Positions 38,376-48,544 of a stretch of DNA of 64,000 nt are shown one piece after another. The notes beneath the pieces were generated by a model. That model ran no database searches, was not told the DNA's origin, and saw only the letters and a program-made list of their open reading frames with translations. The first letter of the stretch is position 1. Each line of letters begins with the position of its first letter. Source of the DNA: Candidatus Moranbacteria bacterium GW2011_GWC2_40_12. Lineage in GTDB: Bacteria; Patescibacteriota; Minisyncoccia; Moranbacterales; UBA11712. The stretch spans positions 199,889 through 263,888 of the forward strand of contig LBYD01000002.1 of the NCBI GenBank assembly GCA_000995965.1. The letters are read 5' to 3'. The position numbers were made by a program, and so were the translations under genes.

Positions 38376-39665
38376 TTACAATTTTTCTAAAAATTCAAAT
38401 ACTTTTTGATTTGTCAACGTGCCTTTTACATAATCATATAGCCTTTCCATATCAACATTTCTTTCCATATCTCGCTGGCCTTTGAAATAAGCAAGGGTCT
38501 TGTTCATCTCCTCTTCAATTTCGGCGCTCTCGGGGCTAAGATTTTCGAGCTTGGCGATTTCACGAAGAGCAAGGGCTGATTTCACCCTTTTTTCAGCGCT
38601 TTCTTTCCAGCTGTTTCGCACCTCGCTCCGAGTCTTCTTTATATTTACGAAATAGTCGTCCACTTTCATTCCCATTCCCGCGATATTCTGCTCAAATTCG
38701 GCCATCATTTTGTCGATTTCGTTTTCAAGGAGAATCTCCGGAATTTCCGTTTTGTAATCGGAGATTATTTTTTCAATAATCTCCTGCCGCCTTTTTTCCT
38801 TATTCTTTTTTCTCTGCTCTATTTCCATTCCTTCGAAGACGCTCTTTTTCAGACTTTCGAGGTTTTCAAATTTACCGAGGCTTTTGGCGAAGTCATCGTT
38901 CATTTCCGGAAGTATTTTTTCCTGCACGAGATTCATCTTCACTTTGAACTTGGCGGGCTTTCCGGCTAATTCTTTTTTGTGGTAATCTCTTGGGAACTCG
39001 AGGTCGAATTCTTTCTCGTCATTCGCCTTCATTCCAATGAGATTTTCCTCAAAACCGGGAATAAAGTAGCTCTCGCCGATGGTGAGCGGATGATTTTGGC
39101 TTTTTCCTCCTTCAATCCGCCGGCTGGCGGACTTTTCTTCAATCAAAAAAACATCGAAATCAATTTCGACATAATCATTTTTTCTTGCTTCACGCGAAAC
39201 AGTGATGAGTTTGGCCCGGCTTTTTCTCAAGATGTCGAGCTCTTTTTTGATTTCCTCCGGTTTGATTTTTTCCAGTTCACTTTTTTTGAGACCTTTGATG
39301 CTTTTTTTGTAGTCCCCCAGGCTGATTTCTGGCATTATGGCGATAACCGCCTTAAATTCGAGGTCGTTTCCGGGAGCAATTTTTGTGATGGTGATTTTTG
39401 GCTCTCCGATCGCCTCAATTTTGTTTTTTATGATCGATTCGGTATAGGTTTTTCTGACTGCTTTTTCGGCGGCGTGCGCCAAAACTTTTTCAGAACCAAC
39501 CTGTTGCTCAACTATTTTCCGAGGAGCTTTTCCGGGGCGGAATCCGGCTATTTTAAAATCTTTCGAAAGCTCTTCGGCGGCCATATCCAAAAATTTTTCA
39601 AGCTCTTTAGCCGGAACGGTGATCTTTAGTTCAAGCTGGGATTTAGGAAGTTTGCGAATGATCAT
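38376..39665 (-). CDS. tig: Trigger factor
   Basis: GFRPGKAP, FIPGFEENL, FPRDYH; upstream of clpP. Confidence 0.96.
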   Translation of the reverse strand: MIIRKLPKSQLELKITVPAKELEKFLDMAAEELSKDFKIAGFRPGKAPRKIVEQQVGSEKVLAHAAEKAVRKTYTESIIKNKIEAIGEPKITITKIAPGNDLEFKAVIAIMPEISLGDYKKSIKGLKKSELEKIKPEEIKKELDILRKSRAKLITVSREARKNDYVEIDFDVFLIEEKSASRRIEGGKSQNHPLTIGESYFIPGFEENLIGMKANDEKEFDLEFPRDYHKKELAGKPAKFKVKMNLVQEKILPEMNDDFAKSLGKFENLESLKKSVFEGMEIEQRKKNKEKRRQEIIEKIISDYKTEIPEILLENEIDKMMAEFEQNIAGMGMKVDDYFVNIKKTRSEVRNSWKESAEKRVKSALALREIAKLENLSPESAEIEEEMNKTLAYFKGQRDMERNVDMERLYDYVKGTLTNQKVFEFLEKL

Positions 39666-41659
39666 TAGACGATGAAACCGGCGATTAGAAGCGCCACAAT
39701 ATTGATTATCTTGATCATCGGGTTGATGGCCGGGCCAGCCGTATCCTTATATGGATCACCTACCGTGTCGCCGGTGACAGCCGCTTGGTGGGCGAGAGAT
39801 CCCTTTCCCCCATAATGTCCTTCTTCAATATATTTTTTGGCATTGTCCCAGGCGCCCCCTCCAGAAGTCATGGAAATCGCCACGAAAATTCCAGTGATGA
39901 TTGAGCCAACCAAAAGACCGCCCAGCGCCGCAGGACCCAAGATAAACCCGACCAGAATCGGAGCGGCAACCGGAAGAAGAGCTGGAACAATCATTTCTTT
40001 GATGGCCGCTTTGGTCACGATGTCAACACTTGTCGCGTAGTCAGGTTTGGCTGTTCCTTCAAGGAGTCCCTTGATTTCACGGAATTGCCTTCGAACTTCC
40101 TCAACCACGGCTCCGGCCGCTTTTGAGACTGCCCGCATGCAGATTGATCCGAAAAGATAAGGAATGAGTCCGCCGATGAAAAGTCCGATCAAAACATAAA
40201 CATCATCTAGCTGAAAGGTTATGTTTTTGGCGCCTTTTTCAGAAAGCTCCTGAACGTAGGAAGCGAAAAGAACCACGGCGGCCAGTCCAGCGGAAGCAAT
40301 AGCATATCCTTTCGTGACAGCTTTGGTAGTGTTTCCAACTGCGTCGAGCGCATCAGTCACTTTTCGGACTTCTTCATTCATGCCGGACATCTCCGCGATT
40401 CCGCCGGCATTGTCGGTGATTGGCCCGAACGAATCAATTGCGACGATGATGCCGGTCATCGAAAGCATGCTCATCACCGCGACCGCCACACCATAAAGGC
40501 CGGCGAGCCAGAAAGAGCCCAAAATTCCGGCAACAATGAGAATCACCGGGCCAGCGGTTGACTCCATGCTCATGGCGAGACCCATGATGATATTGGTTCC
40601 ATGTCCGGTCTTGGACGCTTTGGCAATTTCCTTTACTGGCCGGTATTTTTTGGAGGTGTAGTATTCGGTTATGATCACCATTCCGGCAGTTACAAAAATT
40701 CCAATTGCCGAAGCGAGGTATAGATTTGTAAAACTATAAAGCCCGTTTTCTCCCATCAGGCTTTTTGTTAGCGGATAAAAAACAACAAGCGAAATTGCAG
40801 AAGAAGCAATAAGCCCTTTATAAAGAGCGCCCATAATATTTTTCCCCCGGCCCAAGCGGACGAAATAAATTCCGATGATGGATGCAATGATTGAAACCGC
40901 TCCGATCATAAGAGGAAAGAAAATCGCGTTTGGAAAACTGGCAAAAGTAAGTGAACCCAAAATCATAGCCGCGATCGCCGTGACAGCGTATGTTTCAAAA
41001 AGATCAGCCGCCATCCCTGCGCAGTCTCCCACGTTATCTCCGACGTTGTCGGCAATCACAGCCGGGTTGCGGGGATCATCCTCGGGAATTCCAGCTTCAA
41101 TTTTTCCAACGAGATCTGCTCCAACGTCGGCCGCTTTGGTGAAAATGCCTCCGCCGAGCCGGGCAAAGACACTAATAAGACTTCCTCCGAATCCCACTCC
41201 GATAAGCGCTCTTACGTCTCCGGTTAAGAGATAAAAAACAGATACAACGAGAAGTCCAAGTCCGATTACCAGAAGGCCGGTGACCGCGCCTCCCTTGAAA
41301 GCAATATCAAGAGCGTTTCGAAGGCTCTTTTTGGCTCCTTCAGCTGTCCGAACATTGGCTCTTACTGCCACATTCATTCCGATATATCCGGCTAAGGCAG
41401 AAGCAACCGCGCCGATCAAAAATCCGACGGCTGTGTTGAAGCCAAGAAAAAAATAAAGAACCAATGCGACGGCGACTGCCACATAAGCGACAGTTTTATA
41501 TTGGCGGTTTAAAAAGGCCTTGGCGCCCTCTTTTATGGCACCGGCTATTTCAACCATTTTTCCTTCTCCCTCAGGAAAACTATTTACTTTCCAGCTCAGA
41601 TAAAGGGCGAAGGCAACGGCAATAAGCGATGCAGCGATGGGATAGAGTTCGATGTTCAT
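39665..41659 (-). CDS. hppA: Membrane-bound pyrophosphatase (probably K+-independent, H+-translocating)
   Basis: [26 protein letters not shown] (Lys signature), [10 protein letters not shown]. Confidence 0.95.
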   Translation of the reverse strand: MNIELYPIAASLIAVAFALYLSWKVNSFPEGEGKMVEIAGAIKEGAKAFLNRQYKTVAYVAVAVALVLYFFLGFNTAVGFLIGAVASALAGYIGMNVAVRANVRTAEGAKKSLRNALDIAFKGGAVTGLLVIGLGLLVVSVFYLLTGDVRALIGVGFGGSLISVFARLGGGIFTKAADVGADLVGKIEAGIPEDDPRNPAVIADNVGDNVGDCAGMAADLFETYAVTAIAAMILGSLTFASFPNAIFFPLMIGAVSIIASIIGIYFVRLGRGKNIMGALYKGLIASSAISLVVFYPLTKSLMGENGLYSFTNLYLASAIGIFVTAGMVIITEYYTSKKYRPVKEIAKASKTGHGTNIIMGLAMSMESTAGPVILIVAGILGSFWLAGLYGVAVAVMSMLSMTGIIVAIDSFGPITDNAGGIAEMSGMNEEVRKVTDALDAVGNTTKAVTKGYAIASAGLAAVVLFASYVQELSEKGAKNITFQLDDVYVLIGLFIGGLIPYLFGSICMRAVSKAAGAVVEEVRRQFREIKGLLEGTAKPDYATSVDIVTKAAIKEMIVPALLPVAAPILVGFILGPAALGGLLVGSIITGIFVAISMTSGGGAWDNAKKYIEEGHYGGKGSLAHQAAVTGDTVGDPYKDTAGPAINPMIKIINIVALLIAGFIV

Positions 41660-41695
41660 TTTTTATGAATTAAGAATTAGGAATTATGAAACTAA

Positions 41696-43174
41696 TTACT
41701 CATCAATTGCCTTTTCTTCTGAATCTTCTTTTATCTCTTCGGCCTTCTCTCCTTTCGAATCCCCTTTTTCTTCCCGTTTTACTTCTTTTTCAGTTTTCGC
41801 TGTCTTTTTTGCGGCTTTTTTCTTTTTTTCCGGAGATTTATTCTCCTCCGCGTTTTCTTCGTCACCTTTTTCTTCAAGCTCCCCTATTTTTTCATTTCCA
41901 GCAGTTTCTTTTTTCTCCTCGCCTGAAACAACATCAATTTTCCAGCCGGTGAGTTTGGCGGCGAGTCGGACATTTTGTCCCTGCTTTCCAATAGCGAGGG
42001 AAAGCTGATCGGAGGGAACGGAAACCCGCGCCTCTTTTTTGCTTTCAATGACTTTCACCCCCAAAACTTTGGCTGGAGAAAGCGCATTTGAAATGAATTT
42101 TGCCACATCGTCGTTCCATTCGATAATATCAATTTTCTCCCCGCCCAATTCGTCAATGACTGCCTGGACGCGAGTCCCTTTTTGCCCGACGCAGGAGCCA
42201 ATCGGATCAATTCCATCTTCATTTGAAGCTACGGCAATTTTGGTCCGTGATCCGGCTTCCCGGGCCATAGCTCGAATTTCAACAGTTCCGGCAAAAATTT
42301 CCGGAACCTCGATTTCAAAAAGTTTCTGAACCAAGGCCGAATGAGAACGTGAGAGAAGGATTCCCGGACCTTTCGGATCAGCCTCGACTTTCATAACATA
42401 GACCTTGAGGCGCTGGCCGATGCGGTATCTTTCGTTTTCAACCTGCTCTGAGGGAAAAAGGACGCCAACTGATTTTCCAAGATCAACAAAAATATTTCGT
42501 CCTTCGATTCTTTGGATAACTCCGCTCACAACCTCACCTTCTTTTTGCTTGTATTCGTCATACATTGCGTCTCGTTCCGCCTCACGGATTTTTTGGATAA
42601 TCACCTGCTTGGCGGTTTGAGCAGCCACACGGCCGTAGTCGCTCTTTTCCTCCAATTTCGTTTCAATAATATCCCCCGCCTTGGCGCCCGTTTTAAGTTC
42701 TCGGGCTTCTTCCAAAGTCAAATCTCTCTCCGGATTATAACGGGGTATTTTTATTTCTTCCCCGTCTGTTGTAATCTTAGCGGAAGCAGACTCGTCTTCC
42801 TTTTTTTCAAGTTCTTTATACTCCTTTTTTTTACTTTGTTCTTTTTGTTCGGTCACAGTCTTGGCGTTTTCTTTCTCTACCTCTGAATCTTTATCCTCCT
42901 CGGTTTCAAAAACGCGTGTAGTTTCGTCAACCACTTCTTTCACAAGAAAAAAATTGGCGCCACCGGTTACTTCATCAAATTCAGCGCGGATATGCTGGCC
43001 TCTCTTCCCGTAGTCTTTTTTATAGGCGGCGGCGAGCGCAGATTCAATTGCTTCAACCACTTTTTCTTTTGGAATCCCTTTTTCTTCGCAAATTTGGGCA
43101 ATAGCACTGCCAAATTGGCCCAGCCGGCCTGATTGCGCCTCTTCGTCCTGTGTTATTTTTTTTCGTTTAGCCAT
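41696..43174 (-). CDS. nusA: Transcription termination factor NusA
   Basis: GRVAAQTAKQ, AREAGSRTKIAV, SLAIGKQGQNVRLA. Confidence 0.97.
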   Translation of the reverse strand: MAKRKKITQDEEAQSGRLGQFGSAIAQICEEKGIPKEKVVEAIESALAAAYKKDYGKRGQHIRAEFDEVTGGANFFLVKEVVDETTRVFETEEDKDSEVEKENAKTVTEQKEQSKKKEYKELEKKEDESASAKITTDGEEIKIPRYNPERDLTLEEARELKTGAKAGDIIETKLEEKSDYGRVAAQTAKQVIIQKIREAERDAMYDEYKQKEGEVVSGVIQRIEGRNIFVDLGKSVGVLFPSEQVENERYRIGQRLKVYVMKVEADPKGPGILLSRSHSALVQKLFEIEVPEIFAGTVEIRAMAREAGSRTKIAVASNEDGIDPIGSCVGQKGTRVQAVIDELGGEKIDIIEWNDDVAKFISNALSPAKVLGVKVIESKKEARVSVPSDQLSLAIGKQGQNVRLAAKLTGWKIDVVSGEEKKETAGNEKIGELEEKGDEENAEENKSPEKKKKAAKKTAKTEKEVKREEKGDSKGEKAEEIKEDSEEKAIDE

Positions 43175-43390
43175 GGTAATTAGATAAGAAATTAGAAATA
43201 AGATAGAAGATATATTTTTGAATTATTTCTTCTATTTTATATCTTATATCTCATTTGATAATAAAATGCCCGTTCACACGGACATCGCAAACAGCTTCAG
43301 GATCAGTAATTATAATCTAATTGATAATCAATCTTCTGTCAAATAAAAACCCCCGCTTTTTGAGCGAGGGTTATTATTCAATAATCAGTT

Positions 43391-46009
43391 TTATGGATTT
43401 GGATTCGGCTGTTCTGCGGGCGGGTTCTGCTCCTGATTCTGTTCTGTGGATGGGCTCTGGATGGGTGTTTCAGGTGGAACAGGCTCCTGTTCGCGCCTGA
43501 CAGTCGGGGCATTTTGTCCACTCTGTGCTCCTTGATCTGAATCGGTCACGTCCAAACCGTCAAGAGCGTTATTGCCGGACTTGAGATTAGAAACGATTTT
43601 TTTCACGTCCTCATTGTCCGGATTGAGCTCGGCGACTTTTTCAAATTGTTCAAGAGCTTTCGCTTTATCGTTCTTTTTGTCATAAACAAGGCCCAGGAAA
43701 TATCGGGCGTTAGAATAGTTTTCCGCCAACTTCACGGTTTGCTCCAGCTCCGTCTGAGCCTGGTCATATTTTTCCGCTTTGTAGTAGAAAACCCCGAGCT
43801 GGAAGGTGATTCCCGGATCCTGCGGATTCATTTTCTTGCTTTCTTCGAGTTTGGCGATAGCCTGGTCTATTTCGCCGAGACGGTCAAGGCAAACCGCAAT
43901 CATGAATTGAGCAGGAATATAGTTTCCCTTTTGCTCAACTGATTTTTCAAAATTTTGCCGGGCTGAAGCGATATATTCCTTAGCCTTTTCTGGAAGCTGA
44001 ACACTTTTTCCGGTTTGTTGCTGACCAGCGCTCTTAGCAGTTTCGATATCAGCCATCATGAGATAAATTTGACCGATTTGATAATAGACCGAAGGATTCT
44101 TTGGATCGTATTTCAATGCTTCCATATAATTATCGCGGGCAGTTTGGTCAGCGCCGTCCTTTGAGCCTACAACGTTTTGATTTATCTGGGCCATTTGGAC
44201 CAGGTTATCGGGATTTTTTGGATTGAGATTGATAGCGGCTCGAGCTTGATCTTCAGCAGCAAAATAAAGGCTTGAAATTTGAGCCCTGTCATCGTCGCTC
44301 AAATTGGCAAGGCCTTTTTCGGAAACTTTTTGGTTGAGCATCGCGAAAAGAGCCACTGACAAATTGCGATGATAAAGATCCCTCGAGGGGTCGAGGTTGA
44401 CCACCTTCGAGAGATTATTGACTAAATCCTCGACATTTCCTCCCTGAACGTCGCTTGCAAGAGCCTTATTGTAAGCGGCGGCGGCAACGTACCTTTGGCC
44501 TTCAAGAAAGATAAGAGAGATAAAGCCGACAATAATCAGGACAAAGACGAAAGAAAGTATCAGAGACACCCGAGGCGAAGAAGTTTCACTGATGAGCTCT
44601 TCTTTTTTTCGAAAAACAATTGATGTCAGAACAACCATTGAAGCCGTAATTACCCACCAAAGAAAATCTAAAGTGATATTTGACGGATAGAAGAAGAAAG
44701 CGATAGTGAGATATATCCAAACAGCCGCAATTCCTATCAATGTATAAGCTCCCTCTTCGCTTCGGCCGAAGATTTTTACAAACGAGGAAAATATGTGAAC
44801 TAGGATTGCCCCCATAAGAAAAATAATCGCCAAAGCCCCAAGAAATCCAGTTGATGTGGCCAAAGTGAAGAATCGGCTGCTTCCCTCATTGAACTTCACC
44901 GACCAAAAATTTGTAAGATTGATTTCAGCAGGTTTGCTCTTCAAATAAGCAAGGTCATAAGCCGAAAGTCCGGATCCCAAAAGAAATTTATCTTTCCATG
45001 TTCCTTTGATAACGTCAAAAGAAGCACTTTGAGAAAGGCCGACTTCAACCGGAAGTTGGACGCTTACGATGGAACGGCTTTTTCCAATAAGAGCTGCTAA
45101 AAGAACAAGAGTGAGTATAACCATAGGAAAAACCAAGGTTCGATTTTTCTCTTCATTTCCTCCAGTTATGATTGAAAGTCCCAAGAGGACTGCCATACCG
45201 ACCAAGAAAATAACGAGTGTTGTGGAAAAATTGATCATAATCAGAGTAAAAGTAAAAAGAAGAGCCAGAATGATCAGGGCAATTTTCACAATAATAGGCT
45301 GCTTCTCAAGAAGCATAGCGACAGAGATTATCAGGATTGCTCCAATAAAAATAGAAAAGGCATAAATAGAACCAACCGAGTTAAAAGAGTTTTGGGCGAT
45401 CGCTGGATTTTTAAACATAAACTTTCCGAAAAGCTGGAAGAGGGCATAAATATTGGCAATGGCCGCGGAACCAATCAAAGTGAGAATAAGAATCTGTATT
45501 TTCTTCCTCGAGTTAAAATTATTAGTTATAACAAAAAATAGGGCAATAAGACCAATAAAACTAACAAGAGACAAACTTTCTGTTCCGAGGGCTCCCCACA
45601 TGCTTTGGTCACGGTAGGTAGAAAATATTGTACTTAAAGAATAAATTAGAAGAAGCAGCAACAAAGGCACAAGAAGAAAATTTTTCTTTATACGAATCCG
45701 GCCCTCCCAGGCAAGTTTTCCTATCCATGCAAGAAAAGCAATCCCGCCCAAACCCACAATCAGAAGCTGCTTATTGAGTTCAAGAATACTCGGTACCGTG
45801 GGAAGAAAAAATAAAGGAGTTAAAAAAGCCAGCAAATAGACAACTCCGATGATTATCCAGTCAATGACTATTGGTATTCGAGTGTCCTTTTTGAAATTAG
45901 GAGCCGGAGAGTGCGGCGTTGACGCGTTTTTTTGTTCAGGTCTGGGACCAGTAAAACTAATTTCGGGCCTTTTTGGCGCAATTCCCTCTCTTCTAAGATC
46001 GATTTTCAT
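43391..46009 (-). CDS. Multi-pass membrane protein (O-antigen-ligase-like) with C-terminal TPR repeats
   Basis: About 12 TM helices, LGSG motif, TPRs (YYQIGQIY, FQLGVFYY, YFLGLVY); ATG 46009 preferred. Confidence 0.85.
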   Translation of the reverse strand: MKIDLRREGIAPKRPEISFTGPRPEQKNASTPHSPAPNFKKDTRIPIVIDWIIIGVVYLLAFLTPLFFLPTVPSILELNKQLLIVGLGGIAFLAWIGKLAWEGRIRIKKNFLLVPLLLLLLIYSLSTIFSTYRDQSMWGALGTESLSLVSFIGLIALFFVITNNFNSRKKIQILILTLIGSAAIANIYALFQLFGKFMFKNPAIAQNSFNSVGSIYAFSIFIGAILIISVAMLLEKQPIIVKIALIILALLFTFTLIMINFSTTLVIFLVGMAVLLGLSIITGGNEEKNRTLVFPMVILTLVLLAALIGKSRSIVSVQLPVEVGLSQSASFDVIKGTWKDKFLLGSGLSAYDLAYLKSKPAEINLTNFWSVKFNEGSSRFFTLATSTGFLGALAIIFLMGAILVHIFSSFVKIFGRSEEGAYTLIGIAAVWIYLTIAFFFYPSNITLDFLWWVITASMVVLTSIVFRKKEELISETSSPRVSLILSFVFVLIIVGFISLIFLEGQRYVAAAAYNKALASDVQGGNVEDLVNNLSKVVNLDPSRDLYHRNLSVALFAMLNQKVSEKGLANLSDDDRAQISSLYFAAEDQARAAINLNPKNPDNLVQMAQINQNVVGSKDGADQTARDNYMEALKYDPKNPSVYYQIGQIYLMMADIETAKSAGQQQTGKSVQLPEKAKEYIASARQNFEKSVEQKGNYIPAQFMIAVCLDRLGEIDQAIAKLEESKKMNPQDPGITFQLGVFYYKAEKYDQAQTELEQTVKLAENYSNARYFLGLVYDKKNDKAKALEQFEKVAELNPDNEDVKKIVSNLKSGNNALDGLDVTDSDQGAQSGQNAPTVRREQEPVPPETPIQSPSTEQNQEQNPPAEQPNPNP

Positions 46010-46360
46010 TTTAGTGTCTTTGATAATTATTAAAAAATGTATTTTTAGGCATAACAATACCCCGCTTCTTCCATGGGTCAAGAAATATATCCTATTCGGT
46101 TGTTTTTTTACCCCTCACCAATTCCAACCAGCTTCTTTATTTATTCACAGCAGATAGCGGTGCGACTGCCTTCTTTCCGCGTGAATTAAGTAAAAATGTA
46201 TTCAGAATTAGTGAGAAGTGAATTTTGACCCGAGACTGCGGGGTGGTTTTGTAATTTCATTATAACAGTTCAAAATAAATACGCAAACCCATTAAATAAT
46301 CTAAACATTTTGCAGGTTTTTGTCTTTGCAATTTTCGTGCTGGAGCTAATCATAAAATAA

Positions 46361-47854
46361 CTATGCTTCATTCTTTTCTCCGTATGGGAAACTTATTTGC
46401 GACAAAATAAAAGGAATCGCGAAAATTATTATTCCCGGTTTGATATCCCAAAAGTAGTGGTCGAAAAAAGAGATGAACAGATAGCAAAGAATTATAATAC
46501 AATAAGGATAGTTTGTCAATAATACGGATTTAATACGCATAAAGCAACAATTATATAATAATGTCAATAGATATAGCAGGAAAAACATAAGCCCCGTCAT
46601 CCCCAGCTCCGAAGTTATTAATAGATAAATATTATGGACCGGTTGATATTGCCAACCAGCCCAAGAGGGTTGGGAAATTATTTCTTGATATATAAATTGA
46701 CCCAACCCAACCCCAAGCCATGGATGTTCAGAAATTGTTTCTCGTGAAACATTCAGAAATAGAACTCTTTCTTCAAGCGATTGGGTCGAGTATAAAGAAT
46801 AATTTAAATTTAGTGAGGCTAAAATATATCCAAGCAATAAAAGAATTATGAATGTTGTGAATATAAGCAAAATTCGATTCCTTATGAGTCTGATATTTAC
46901 TATCAAAAGTGCCAAACCTGCTAAAAAGATGCTTAGAAAAGCAGATCGAGAAAATGTCAGAAAAAAGCTTGATAAATTGATAACTAAAACAGAAATAAAT
47001 AACCACGTGGGAATTTTTGACAAAATTGTTTCATGTGGAACATTTTTGTCACCTCGCTTGTTCTGTATCTGACGCTTCACAAGCACAGAAATGAGCAAGA
47101 TAATCTGAAGAACAAGAAAGCCGGCAAGTATATTCGGGTGAGGAAATGTTCCATAAGCCCGGATATGTTTCATGCCTGAAACAACAATCTTAGCAACGCC
47201 CGGAATATCTGGACCCAGCAGGCTCTCGCCGAAAAACTTAAAACCCAAAGAACGGTTGAGGATAAACTGCAAAATTCCTATTAAGGATTGGATAATTCCA
47301 CCCATAAACAGACCTAGATAAATAAATTCGGCTTTTATATACCCTTTTTTAGCCTGATTTCTAATAATAATCGAAAAGTTGACAATTAAAAGTATTATAA
47401 GCAAGCGATAAGCCGCGATAAGTTGTAACGGTGCCCAAAATATAGAAATAGCCATCCAGATCATAAAAAGCTTCAAAAAAAATGTTTCACTGCGGGCTGA
47501 AAAAATCATGATCTTAAATGAACCTGTAATACGGTGTAAGAGAACCGTAATACAGTTCGTATTACTTGACAACGTACCATTATTGTTGTTTACATAATGT
47601 AATGCTTTTTCTGGCTTTGCCTCTTGACTGAAAATGTATTTTATTATATAAATAATTATGACAGATAAGATCAAGACATCTGACCAACTTAGACTCGGCG
47701 TCATATATTCATTGAACTCCCCATGGAAGTATGATAAAAACGTGGGAAAAACTTTTCGAAGATTAAACGAGAAAGTGGCAAAGAAGAGGAAAATCAGAAT
47801 TTTCTCTGCGTTGTTCCATAGCCAGCTTGTTTTTGTCGTGAAACTGTTTCTCAT
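46361..47854 (-). CDS. O-antigen ligase family protein
   Basis: RAYGTFPHPN, TFSRSA, GVGLGQF, PVHNIYL. Confidence 0.9.
   Translation of the reverse strand: MRNSFTTKTSWLWNNAEKILIFLFFATFSFNLRKVFPTFLSYFHGEFNEYMTPSLSWSDVLILSVIIIYIIKYIFSQEAKPEKALHYVNNNNGTLSSNTNCITVLLHRITGSFKIMIFSARSETFFLKLFMIWMAISIFWAPLQLIAAYRLLIILLIVNFSIIIRNQAKKGYIKAEFIYLGLFMGGIIQSLIGILQFILNRSLGFKFFGESLLGPDIPGVAKIVVSGMKHIRAYGTFPHPNILAGFLVLQIILLISVLVKRQIQNKRGDKNVPHETILSKIPTWLFISVLVINLSSFFLTFSRSAFLSIFLAGLALLIVNIRLIRNRILLIFTTFIILLLLGYILASLNLNYSLYSTQSLEERVLFLNVSRETISEHPWLGVGLGQFIYQEIISQPSWAGWQYQPVHNIYLLITSELGMTGLMFFLLYLLTLLYNCCFMRIKSVLLTNYPYCIIILCYLFISFFDHYFWDIKPGIIIFAIPFILSQISFPYGEKNEA
46736..46751. promoter_or_regulatory. parS-like site
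   Basis: tgtttctcgtgaaaca; 1 mismatch to TGTTTCACGTGAAACA. Confidence 0.75.
47027..47042. promoter_or_regulatory. parS-like site
   Basis: tgtttcatgtggaaca; 2 mismatches to consensus. Confidence 0.7.
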
Positions 47855-47921
47855 ATGACAAGTCTAACACATACTTTTCATTGACTGAAAGCGTTTTTAG
47901 AAATAGTATAGAAAAGTATAT

Positions 47922-47994
47922 GGGCCGTTGGCGCAGTTGGTAGCGCGTCTCGATGGCATCGAGAAGGTCACCGGTTCAAGTCCGGTACGGTCCA
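47922..47994 (+). tRNA. tRNA-Ala(GGC)
   Basis: G3-U70; tctcg-atGGCat-cgaga. Confidence 0.96.
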
Positions 47995-48040
47995 CTGGAT
48001 TAAGTCCTTCGTGAAACTGTTTCACAGATAACATTCAAAA

Positions 48041-48343
48041 ATGACAGATCAAAGAAAATTCCAACGTCGAATCGAGAACTTTGTTTGCGAGAACTGCGGA
48101 GCGGAAGTGAAAGGCAATGGTTTCACAGACCATTGCCCCGTTTGCCTTTGGGGGCGCCACGTGGATGTGAATCCGGGTGATCGCGCGTCGAGTTGCCGCG
48201 GTATGATGAGACCGATAAGGGTAGAAGCAAAAAGCGGAAAATATCTGCTCTATTATAAATGTAAGGAATGTAGGCATAAGTTTCGAGTAAGATCAGCACC
48301 AAATGATGAATTCGATTTGATTATTAAATTGATTAACAAATAA
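48041..48343 (+). CDS. RNHCP domain-containing zinc-binding protein
   Basis: FVCENCG, TDHCPVCLW, HVDVNPGDR, CKEC. Confidence 0.88.
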   Translation: MTDQRKFQRRIENFVCENCGAEVKGNGFTDHCPVCLWGRHVDVNPGDRASSCRGMMRPIRVEAKSGKYLLYYKCKECRHKFRVRSAPNDEFDLIIKLINK

Positions 48344-48348
48344 TATTT

Positions 48349-48389
48349 GCCCCCGTAGTTCAATGACAAGGGACTCCTAAGCCCTAGAT
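48349..48389 (+). pseudogene. Truncated tRNA-Arg(CCT) (5' part with a 6-nt D-arm deletion)
   Basis: gcccccgtagttcaatg-acaagggactcctaagccctagat; no T-arm or 3' acceptor strand. Confidence 0.85.
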
Positions 48390-48414
48390 CCATGCCCGCC
48401 CGTTCACTTTTTTA

Positions 48415-48486
48415 CTCCTCATAGTTCAATGGATAGAACAAGGGACTCCTAAGCCCTAGATGCAGGTCCGATTCCTGCTGAGGAGA
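48415..48486 (+). tRNA. tRNA-Arg(CCT)
   Basis: Acceptor CTCCTCA/TGAGGAG; loop ctCCTaa; atypical T-loop TCCGATT and A31-G39 mismatch. Confidence 0.82.
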
Positions 48487-48544
48487 CAAAAAGTGTTCGG
48501 GTGAAACTCATGACGGGGACACATAAAATTTTTAAATTATAATT

